A DNA stretch of 64,000 nucleotides from Vicinamibacterales bacterium (GCA_963821375.1 CAWGDN010000002.1:808546-872545), one strand, 5' to 3'; shown: positions 50,301 through 58,895, counted from the stretch's first letter. Numbers and translations are program-made. Notes: generated by a model not told the origin, from the sequence alone.

Positions 50301-50514
50301 CCCTGTCGTCCGCGAGTTCTTGCTTGGATTCTGGAAGATCCACATCCTGCATCACGCCGAAGAGCAGGGTGTGTACGGGCAATGGATGCTGGAGGAACTG
50401 CAGCGCCACGGCTACCGACTGAGTCCCGGCACGTTGTACCCGTTGTTGGCGCGAATGGCTCGTCGGGGATGGCTGCGTGCGACGGAACCCAAACGGTCGC
50501 GTGACGCCGCGTGA
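50294..50514 (+). CDS. PadR-family transcriptional regulator, probably C-terminally truncated
   Basis: FWKIHILHHAEEQGVYGQWMLEELQRHGYRLSPGTLYPLLARMARRGWL is a winged-helix PadR core. The usual C-terminal helix is missing. Confidence 0.65.
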
Positions 50515-50716
50515 CGACCACGATGACTGCGACGGATCGATCTCCCACTGGAACTCTGCGGCGCCGTCGACATGAAATGCCAGACCTGGGGAAAACGCTT
50601 AGTCATGAGATTGATTCTCAGGGCATCCTGAGATTCGTTCTCAGAGCGAGTCTTGCGTTCTCCGTCATCCTGTGTCGTGCTAGTTTTTCTGTAGTCTCTT
50701 GCGACTACTTTCTCTT

Positions 50717-51845
50717 ATGACCACTTCGAGCATTCGGATGTTCAGGGTCCTGGCTTCGGCTGCGGTGTTCGCGATCCTGTCCGGGAGCATTCTTGTGCAT
50801 GCGCAATCGCTCGATCGGTCGGGCATGACCGGGGCGCAGCTGTATCAGGCCGGCTGTCTGGCCTGCCATGGCGCCGACGGACGAGGCCAGCCGGCGGCCG
50901 TTCGTGGCTTCGACACCGGGCTCCCGGACTTCACCGACTGTTCGTTCGCCACGCCCGAAGCCGATTTGGACTGGAGTATCGATCGTCCACATGGGCGGGC
51001 CGATCCGGGCGCTCGATCAAAAGATGCCGGCCTTCGCCGACCTGCTCACCGACGACGAAATCGACCGGGTCATCGATTTCGTCCGCGGCTTCTGCGTGGA
51101 GCCGGACTGGCCCAGAGGCGACCTGAATTTCCCGCGGGCCCTGTTTACCGAGAAGGCGTATCCAGAGAACGAAGCCGTGCTGACGACGACGATGGCCAGC
51201 CATCCGAGCGGGTCAGTGACAAATGACTTCCTCTATGAACGTCGTCTCGGCAAGCGTGCGCAGTACGAGATCAACGTGCCGTTCAGCCTGCAGAAGGACG
51301 ACCGAGGCACTTGGCTGCGCGGTCTTGGCGACGTCAACGTCGGCTACAAGTACACCGTGTTCGACAGTCTGTCGCGGGGATCGATCGCTGCGCTCGGCGG
51401 GGAAATCACACTTCCGACCGGCAAGGAATCGGAGGGCCTCGGCGGCGGGGTGACCCTGTTCGAAGTCTTCGGGATGTGGAATCAGGCGCTGCCATCCGAT
51501 GGGTTCATTCAGACGCAGGTGGGCTTCGAAACGCCGTTTAGGAAGAACAGCGGGGCGAAGGAGGCCTTCTGGCGCGCGGCGCTGGGCAAGACCTACACCG
51601 AGCACATCTGGGGTCGGTCCTGGTCGCCGATGGTCGAAGTGCTGGGCGCGAAGGAGCTCACGGAGGGTCATGACCCCGAATGGGATGTCGTGCCGCAGCT
51701 ACAGGTCAGTCTCAGCGGGCTGCAGCATGTGCTGGTCAGCGCCGGCATGCGATTGCCGGTGAATCAACGGGAATCACGAAACAACGCGTTCGTGGTGTAC
51801 CTCCTCTGGGACTGGTTCGACGGCGGACTGTTTTCAAACTGGTAG
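50717..51845 (+). CDS. cytochrome c domain fused to a beta-barrel-like domain; frame break near 50982
   Basis: Signal, then one heme site GCLACHGADG and MPAF. The remaining ~270 aa are strand-rich and end DGGLFSNW (aromatic C-terminus as in OM barrels). Confidence 0.6.
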
Positions 51846-51848
51846 ACG

Positions 51849-53546
51849 ATGGCGCCATCACCACGCCTCATCCTGCTCGCGGTTGTGCTCGCTCCGATGG
51901 CGACTGGCGCCATGCTCACTCTGGTCGATCTCCACGCGGCGCCGCCGCAGGCGCCCGCGACACAGGGGACCGCCGCGCCGAGCCGCAGCCATACCGGGCT
52001 GTTCGTGACGTCCGACAACTGCATGGCGTGCCACAACAGCCTCACATCCCCGTCCGGCGAGGACGTCTCGATTGGCTCCAACTGGCGCGCCACGATGATG
52101 GCGAACTCGTCGCGCGATCCGTACTGGCAGGCCGGCGTGCGTCGCGAGACGCTGGACCATCCGACGGCTTCGGCCGCGATCCAGGACGAGTGCTCGATCT
52201 GCCACATGCCGATGTCTCGGACGCACGCGAGGGCGAACGGCCGTGACGGTGAGGTTTTCAGGCACCTGCCCGTCGGAAGCGGCGTGGAGGAAGAGGATCT
52301 CCTGGCGTACGACGGCGTGTCCTGCACGGCGTGTCACCAGATTACCCAGGAGAAGCTCGGGACCCCGGACAGCTTCACGGGCGGCTACGTCGTCCGGATC
52401 CCGCCGCCATCCACCGGCAGGTCGGCTCCGGCCGAACCCCGCACGATTTTCGGCCCCTTCGAGATCGAAAAGGGGCTGACCACGGTCATGCGTTCGGCGA
52501 CCGACTTTCAGCCGAGCGCCGCACCGCACATTCAACAGTCGGAGCTCTGCGCCACGTGTCACACGCTCATCACCAAGGCCCTCGGCCCCAAAGGCGAGGT
52601 CATCGGCGAGCTGCCGGAGCAGGTGATGTACCTAGAGTGGAGGCACAGCGCATTTCAGGCCGAGCAGAAGAGCTGCCAGTCCTGTCACATGCCGGTCGTC
52701 GAACAGGACACGCCGATCGCGTCGGTGTTCGGCCCGTCGCGGAAGCTGGCGCGACACACGTTCGTCGGCGGCAACTTCTTCATGCTCCGCCTTCTCAACA
52801 AGTACCGCTCGGAGCTGGGCGTGACCGCGCTGCCGCAGGAATTCGACAATCAGGTCGCGCGGACGCTGAAGAATCTGTCCGAAGCGACCGGGGCCCTGAC
52901 GATCGAGCGCGCCGAAGCGGCTGGTGGACGCTTGAACCTCGACCTCGTGGTGCAAAACCTGACGGGACACAAGTTCCCCACCGCGTATCCATCGCGCCGG
53001 GCGTGGCTGCACGTCACGGTGCGTGAGGGGAGCGGCCGTCCGATCTTCGAATCGGGCGCCATTACCCTAAAGGGACTGATCGAGGGCAACGACAATGACG
53101 CCGATGGCGCCAGGTTCGAGCCCCATTATGCGGAAATTCGTCAGGCCGACCAGGTGCAGATCTACGAGTCGATCATGGGGGATCCGAAGGGCGTTCCGAC
53201 CACCGGGCTGCTGACGGCAATCGGGTACCTCAAGGACAATCGTCTGCTGCCGCGCGGGTTCGACAAGGCCAGCGCCGATGCCAACGTGAAGGTGGTGGGG
53301 CCTGCGCTCGAGGACGGAGACTTCACTGCCGGAAGCGACCGCGTCCGCTATTCCATCGACCTGGCGAACGCTACGGGCCCGTTCAGTGTGAATGCCGAGC
53401 TGCGGTTTCAGGTGATCAGCTTCCGCTGGGCGGAGAATCTGCGAGCCTACGATGCCCTTGAGCCCCGTCGGTTCGTCGGGTACTACGATGCGATGGCCTC
53501 CGCCGCCTCGGCTCTCGTCGCGAGTGCGGCGACAACCGTCCGCTGA
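51849..53546 (+). CDS. pentaheme c-type cytochrome
   Basis: Five CxxCH sites: CMACH, CSICH, CTACH, CATCH, CQSCH. Signal-like N-terminus. Intact 565-aa ORF. Confidence 0.85.
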   Translation: MAPSPRLILLAVVLAPMATGAMLTLVDLHAAPPQAPATQGTAAPSRSHTGLFVTSDNCMACHNSLTSPSGEDVSIGSNWRATMMANSSRDPYWQAGVRRETLDHPTASAAIQDECSICHMPMSRTHARANGRDGEVFRHLPVGSGVEEEDLLAYDGVSCTACHQITQEKLGTPDSFTGGYVVRIPPPSTGRSAPAEPRTIFGPFEIEKGLTTVMRSATDFQPSAAPHIQQSELCATCHTLITKALGPKGEVIGELPEQVMYLEWRHSAFQAEQKSCQSCHMPVVEQDTPIASVFGPSRKLARHTFVGGNFFMLRLLNKYRSELGVTALPQEFDNQVARTLKNLSEATGALTIERAEAAGGRLNLDLVVQNLTGHKFPTAYPSRRAWLHVTVREGSGRPIFESGAITLKGLIEGNDNDADGARFEPHYAEIRQADQVQIYESIMGDPKGVPTTGLLTAIGYLKDNRLLPRGFDKASADANVKVVGPALEDGDFTAGSDRVRYSIDLANATGPFSVNAELRFQVISFRWAENLRAYDALEPRRFVGYYDAMASAASALVASAATTVR

Positions 53547-53590
53547 GGCTGGCGCAGGCGGAGTTTGGGCCAAGCGCTGAGGAGGTATTC

Positions 53591-54310
53591 ATGAAAGCGG
53601 GCATTCTTGCTGCCGGCGTTGTTTTCGCGACAGCACTTGCGGCACAACAGGCGCCGAACCCGCGACAACAGCCGGGAGCGACGGTCCATATCTTCGCGCC
53701 CGAACAACACGACCTCTATGACGGCCAATTCGTCGTGTCCGCCAATCGCATTTATATGGTTGGAGGACTGAACGATCCTGAGGGTTGGGACCACCTCGAC
53801 AATGAAGCGAAAAGTGTCAGGCCGGTCGCGGGAACGGCTGAGATTGACGTGAACGAGATTTCAAATACGGGTAAGTTCGAGGCGAGGCTGACGATTCCTG
53901 AAGGAGAACTGATGCTGGCGATGGACAAGTGGCACGAGTTCAGTCCTTGTCAGAACGGCGGCATCGTGGCGTACATCCATGAGCATGGCGCCGACTCGGG
54001 CTGCGGCGACAACAACTGGCCAAAGACCGTTGGATTCCTGGCTGGTTGGGGATATGGCCACGCAACGCTGAACGGGAAGCCGCTCTACGACAACTACGAA
54101 GTCCACTTCATGGTTACCCAGGGAATCCGTGATCGAAAGACGCTGAGAGTTAACTATCCGATGGCTGGCAAAAAGCTGCCGGGCGGTGAAGTGAATCCCG
54201 CAACGCAGCAGATCGATTTCTACATACGAAGTCCTCAACAAAATGTGAAGAACAGACCGAATCGGCAGGTGTTTCTGCATTTCTTCGGGATGGAGGTCAC
54301 CTGGAAGTGA
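53591..54310 (+). CDS. secreted hypothetical protein
   Basis: Signal MKAGILAAGVVFATALAAQQ. Lower GC. The stop overlaps the next start (GTGA). Confidence 0.55.
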   Translation: MKAGILAAGVVFATALAAQQAPNPRQQPGATVHIFAPEQHDLYDGQFVVSANRIYMVGGLNDPEGWDHLDNEAKSVRPVAGTAEIDVNEISNTGKFEARLTIPEGELMLAMDKWHEFSPCQNGGIVAYIHEHGADSGCGDNNWPKTVGFLAGWGYGHATLNGKPLYDNYEVHFMVTQGIRDRKTLRVNYPMAGKKLPGGEVNPATQQIDFYIRSPQQNVKNRPNRQVFLHFFGMEVTWK

Positions 54311-55428
54311 GGACAAAGAACCAGCGGCGACCTTGCCATTCGAGCTACACGAACGTCTTGGTCAGACTTCCTGTGTTTATCCTAGCCGCATTTGCAACCA
54401 CGCAAGACACAGCGTCGCAGGGTGAACTCCGCTCAAGGGTTGCCGAACGCGCCATTCAAAGACGCGTCGTAGCTAGTGTGACCCTCGCTGCCAACGGCAT
54501 TTCCGATCCTCTTGGCTTCGTTGTACCGCCAAATACCCGATCGGTCACACTCGTCGTTGAGGGAGACGAGCGAAGACTGTACGCGCTGGCCTCCCTGCGA
54601 ATGCCTGACGGAATTGAGCATGTCAATCTCGATCTCAGCCGGTCGTATGACGCTGTGATGGAGAAGAGCTACAACGAAGAGATTGGAGCCATGGCCGGGG
54701 ATCTCTACCAGAACATTCGATTGGGCACCTTCACCAGCATTTTTCCGTACCTCCCAACGCAAGTACTGGGAACTGGCGCGGCGGAACTGAGAGTGGCCTC
54801 AAACCGTGGTGGAGGAGCGGTCAAAGTAACAGTGCTGATGCCTGAGGAGAGTGCGACACCAAGGACTCTGCACATCAACTTGATTGTGGTTTCGGACAAA
54901 GAGTGGGGCGGCCGCGCGAATTTCTTGTTGCCGGCGCAGGACATACTCAAGCGAGCAGACCTTCAGGTGATTGTCGACGAGATCAGATACCTGCGCCGCA
55001 GCCCGTTCAGCCGCATTACCGAGTGGACTGAGCCACAGGAGAGGCCACGCAGTCAGTTGGCGAGGATGGCTGTCGCGGGTCGCAAATTGGTCTCCTCAGA
55101 TGCTCTGAACATCTTCATCGTCGATGCGCTGCCGCGCGACGTCTATGGCATCAGCCTCGGCACTCCGGGTCCTCCAATCAGTTCAAGCTACTACTATGGC
55201 GTGGTATTGCGGCAATTGGAGTCGGATGACTTCATGGGCCGCGTCTTTGCCCATGAGGTATGCCACTTTCTCGGTCTATACCATCTCGTTGACTTCGGAG
55301 CGTCGGGAACCCGGCATTTCGATCCATTTTCGGACACGGAGCCGGCTCAGGGAAATTTGATGGAGAGTTCGGGCTTGTTGCTCACGCCTATTCAGAAGTT
55401 TGCTCTGTCGCGAAGCCCGCTGTTGTGA
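54307..55428 (+). CDS. secreted metzincin-type zinc metalloprotease-like protein
   Basis: AHEVCHFLGLYH is a complete HExxHxxGxxH signature. Hydrophobic N-terminus VLVRLPVFILAAFA. Confidence 0.7.
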   Translation: MRTKNQRRPCHSSYTNVLVRLPVFILAAFATTQDTASQGELRSRVAERAIQRRVVASVTLAANGISDPLGFVVPPNTRSVTLVVEGDERRLYALASLRMPDGIEHVNLDLSRSYDAVMEKSYNEEIGAMAGDLYQNIRLGTFTSIFPYLPTQVLGTGAAELRVASNRGGGAVKVTVLMPEESATPRTLHINLIVVSDKEWGGRANFLLPAQDILKRADLQVIVDEIRYLRRSPFSRITEWTEPQERPRSQLARMAVAGRKLVSSDALNIFIVDALPRDVYGISLGTPGPPISSSYYYGVVLRQLESDDFMGRVFAHEVCHFLGLYHLVDFGASGTRHFDPFSDTEPAQGNLMESSGLLLTPIQKFALSRSPLL

Positions 55429-55436
55429 AATCGCTC

Positions 55437-55460
55437 GGACACGGCACCTAGGTAACACTT
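55437..55460. repeat. IS-end-like motif remnant
   Basis: ggacacggcacctaggtaacactt resembles ggggacataggtaacacttt of the IS481-family end at 24505-24524. Confidence 0.35.
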
Positions 55461-55476
55461 CTGGCGAGTCGCGAGA

Positions 55477-56007
55477 CTAGGCAGGAACGTAGGTCAACCT
55501 GATCACATCCTCGCCAATCCGGTCACTAGTCATAAGGCGGAGCGGCGGCCGGGGCCCGGCGAAATATGGCTTGCCGTGACCAAGCACGACGGGGTGCAGG
55601 TAGATTCGATACTCATCGATCAGGCCAAGCTCGGTGAGGCTTTGCGCCAAGCTCGGGCCAGCAACTTCGATCTCCCCGTCGCGCTCGGCCTTCAGCTCGC
55701 GGATCGCGCCCTCAAGATCATCCTCAACAAGCCTGGCGTTGGGGCCAACCGACTTCAACGAGTGCGAGACGACCCATTTCGGCTGCTTCCGCCACGCCGC
55801 CGCGAAGGCGCGTTCCTCTGCCTCCCATTCAGGATGATCGTCGTCCCAGTAACGCATGACCTCATACATTTGGCGACCGTACACACTGCCCGCCTGCCCC
55901 TGGGCCTCCTCGATGAAGTGGCGGAAGAGCGTGGGGCTTGGCGCAAACGCCATATGGTCGACGTAGCCGTCCAGGGACTGGTTCATTCCGAACACGAGCC
56001 TAGCCAT
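55477..56007 (-). CDS. dihydrofolate reductase family protein (RibD C-terminal domain)
   Basis: MARLVFGMNQSLDGYV..., LHPVVLGHGKPYFAG, IRLTYVPA. Confidence 0.8.
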   Translation of the reverse strand: MARLVFGMNQSLDGYVDHMAFAPSPTLFRHFIEEAQGQAGSVYGRQMYEVMRYWDDDHPEWEAEERAFAAAWRKQPKWVVSHSLKSVGPNARLVEDDLEGAIRELKAERDGEIEVAGPSLAQSLTELGLIDEYRIYLHPVVLGHGKPYFAGPRPPLRLMTSDRIGEDVIRLTYVPA

Positions 56008-56240
56008 GCCACTTCCTTTCCTCACGCGATCATCGCGTCGGCCATACAGATTCCCATGGCCGCGAGGGCCAGGCCGAGGGAGATAAGGGCGAATGCCTTC
56101 ATAGGCCTAGAGTAAGGGCAGAATTGGCGACAGGTTCGGGCCTTTTTTCCCAGGAAAGTGCCACCAGACGCCCGCCGTAAAGGAACTCTTGCCAGAGAGG
56201 GGTAACTCTGGCAAAGTAAGCCCAAATCCTAGGAGTACAT

Positions 56241-58733
56241 ATGCCAGATACGAAACTCGTCGGGGCGAACTATTCGACGCCGGAGTTGCGCGCAAAAGTG
56301 ACAGGCCGCTCGAAATACGCGGAGGACTTTCGCGCCGAAGGGATGCTGTTTGCGCGGTTGGTGTTGAGCCCGTACGCGCACGCGCGGATCAGAAGCATCG
56401 ACACGAGCGCCGCGCTGGCCATGCCAGGCGTGAAGGCTATTCTGACGCCGGACGATGTGCCCGGGCCCAAAGATCAGATCAACGACAACGGTCAGATAAT
56501 CAGGGCCAATCCTCGCAGCGAAACGGCGCTCAGCAAAGAGGCGATGTATCAGGGTCAGCCGGTGCTCGCCGTGTGCGCCGAGAGCGAGTTCATTGCTGCC
56601 GAAGCGATCGAACGCATCAGGATTCAGTGGGAGCCGCTGCCGTTCAACGTGGATCCGGTGGCGTCGCTCGTGCCGGGCGCGCAGAATGCGCGCGTTGAAG
56701 GCAACGTATGGAAGCGCCCCGCGCCGCCCGCCCAGGGGCAGCCGCCTGGCATTCCCGAGCCGATCGACGTGAAGTGGAACGAGGCTGAGGTCGAGGAATT
56801 CAGGCAGGGCCGGCTGCCGGTGACCACGTTCACCGATCCCGAATGGACGCTCGGCGACGTCGAAGCAGGCTTCAAGAAGGCGGCGCTCGTCCTCGACGAG
56901 ACATTCGTCAGCGCGAACGTCAGCCATCAGTGTCTCGAGTCGCGCACGGCGATGGCGTACTGGCAGAACGGCAAGCTGCATATCCACACCTCCACGCAGG
57001 GCGTGGCGCAGGCGGTCTTTTCGTTCGTGCGCTGGCTCGACCTGAAGCCGGAAGACGTGGTCCTGGTGAACGCCTACACGGGCGGCGGCTATGGCTCGAA
57101 GGGCGGCGGTTCGATCACGGACATCATTCCCGCGCTTCTTTCGAAGAAACTCGGCGGAGCGCCGGTGATGATGCGCATCAGCCGGGAAGAGGAGCATGCG
57201 ATTGGCCGCGCGCGACCGGCGATGCACGGCCGCATGAAGGTGGGTTTCACGAAGGAAGGCCGCATTACCGCCGTGGACATGTTTACGGTGAGTGAAGGCG
57301 GGCCCTACGGTCCCAACAACGACGGCAATACGGCGAGCTCGTACGCGTCTTTGATGTATCAGCCGGAAACGTTCCGTTTCCGCGGCATCACTGCGATTAC
57401 AAACACGCCGCCGCGCGGCGCGCTCACCCAGCCGGGCGGCTTCCAGGGCTGCGTGCTGATGGATCAAATCGTCACGAAAGCGGCGCGCCAGCTCGGCGTC
57501 GATCAGGTGGCGATCCGCAAGCTGAACGCGCCCGAAGGAAAGGCGCCTTACGGGCCAGCCAATGCCAAAGGCCAGCGCTCGTACGTGACAAGCTGCTTCA
57601 TCAAGGAGGCGCTGGACAAGGGCGTGGCGGGGTTCAACTGGAACGAACGGGTGGCGCGTGGCCCGCAACGCAACGGCTCGAAGGTGCGCGGCGTGGGTGT
57701 CGGCATCAGCTCCTATAGCGGCGGCTCGGTAGGGTTCGACGGTCTGTTCATCATCAGGCCGGACGGCACGATGCGCGTCCATACGGGAATCGGCAATCTC
57801 GGCACCGAGTCGTTCTCCGACTGCCAGCGCGTGGCGGCCGAGATGGTCGGCATGCCGTGGGAGAAAGTGGAAGTCGTCTGGGGCGATACGTCGTTGCACC
57901 TGCCGTGGAGCTGCAACTCGGGCGGCAGCCAGACCATTCATGCCATGACGCGCGCCGCGCACGCCGCGGCGACCGATGCGATTACCAAGCTGCAGCAGAT
58001 CGCCGCCAGGGATCTTGGCGGGAGACCCGAGGACTACGTCGTGAGCGGCGAGCGCGTCTCCCGCAAGGGCGGCGGTGGCGGGATGACGCTTGCGCAGGCG
58101 GCCAAGCGCGCCATCGAGCTCGGAGGCATCTACGACGGCCACGAGTTGCCCAAAGACATCAATGCGATGACAACGCGCTCCGCGACGGCTCTGGCCGGGC
58201 AGGGGCTCATGGGTGTCGGGAAGGACAATTACAAGCGAGACGGAACAACCCGGTCCTACGCCGCCGCCTTTGCTGAGGTCGAGGTCGACACCGAGACCGG
58301 GAAGTATACGGTCACGGACTTTCTTGCCGTGGGCGACGTCGGCACCGTGATCCATCCGACCGCGCTCGGCGGCCAGGTGCTGGGCCGTTCGATCCTCGGG
58401 ATCGCTCACGCCATCGGTCAGCGGTGGATCTATGACCAGCGGTACGGTGTCGGGCTCGCGAAGCGGTTCTACAACAATAGTCCGCCGACGATTCTCGACG
58501 TCCCCGTAAATATGGCGTGGGACGCCGTCGGCCTGCCCGATCCGGAAACGCCGATTGGCGCGCGAGGCATCGGCGAGCCTCCGGTTGCGGCTGCCTGCAC
58601 CTCGGTGCTGAACGCGATTTCGGACGCGCTCGGCGACCAAGTGTTCGTCCGCGCGCCGGTTCTGGTGGATCACATCGTCAATGCGCTCGACACCAAGCAA
58701 CTGGGGCAGATCCGGCTCACGGCGAACGTCTAG
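56241..58733 (+). CDS. xanthine dehydrogenase/aldehyde oxidase family molybdopterin-binding subunit
   Basis: 830 aa: KVTGRSKYAEDF, FARLVLSPYAHARI, GGGYGSKGG, IGEPPVAAA. No adjacent FeS or FAD subunit genes. Confidence 0.9.
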   Translation: MPDTKLVGANYSTPELRAKVTGRSKYAEDFRAEGMLFARLVLSPYAHARIRSIDTSAALAMPGVKAILTPDDVPGPKDQINDNGQIIRANPRSETALSKEAMYQGQPVLAVCAESEFIAAEAIERIRIQWEPLPFNVDPVASLVPGAQNARVEGNVWKRPAPPAQGQPPGIPEPIDVKWNEAEVEEFRQGRLPVTTFTDPEWTLGDVEAGFKKAALVLDETFVSANVSHQCLESRTAMAYWQNGKLHIHTSTQGVAQAVFSFVRWLDLKPEDVVLVNAYTGGGYGSKGGGSITDIIPALLSKKLGGAPVMMRISREEEHAIGRARPAMHGRMKVGFTKEGRITAVDMFTVSEGGPYGPNNDGNTASSYASLMYQPETFRFRGITAITNTPPRGALTQPGGFQGCVLMDQIVTKAARQLGVDQVAIRKLNAPEGKAPYGPANAKGQRSYVTSCFIKEALDKGVAGFNWNERVARGPQRNGSKVRGVGVGISSYSGGSVGFDGLFIIRPDGTMRVHTGIGNLGTESFSDCQRVAAEMVGMPWEKVEVVWGDTSLHLPWSCNSGGSQTIHAMTRAAHAAATDAITKLQQIAARDLGGRPEDYVVSGERVSRKGGGGGMTLAQAAKRAIELGGIYDGHELPKDINAMTTRSATALAGQGLMGVGKDNYKRDGTTRSYAAAFAEVEVDTETGKYTVTDFLAVGDVGTVIHPTALGGQVLGRSILGIAHAIGQRWIYDQRYGVGLAKRFYNNSPPTILDVPVNMAWDAVGLPDPETPIGARGIGEPPVAAACTSVLNAISDALGDQVFVRAPVLVDHIVNALDTKQLGQIRLTANV

Positions 58734-58750
58734 GAAGCTCCGCCCCGTCA

Positions 58751-58895
58751 GGTAAGAGGGGCAAGGGGCCGGCGCAAGGGACAAGGGACAAGGGGCGAGG
58801 GGTAAGGGGTAAGGGGCGAGGGATGAGGAATGAAGTTAAAAGGCTTCTCCTCACCCCTTTCCCCTTGTCCCTCGCCCCTTTCGTGTTTCTCCTCC
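58751..58895. repeat. asymmetric hairpin of GGGGNAA heptads (nine G-runs) and its C-rich complement
   Basis: ggtaagaggggcaaggggccggcgcaagggacaagggacaaggggcgaggggtaaggggtaaggggcgaggg ... ctcctcacccctttccccttgtccctcgccccttt. Confidence 0.8.

Noticed and set aside
56229-58784. 851-aa minus-strand ORF
   Set aside because: It is antisense to the XDH-family molybdoenzyme gene, another GC-rich antisense artefact.
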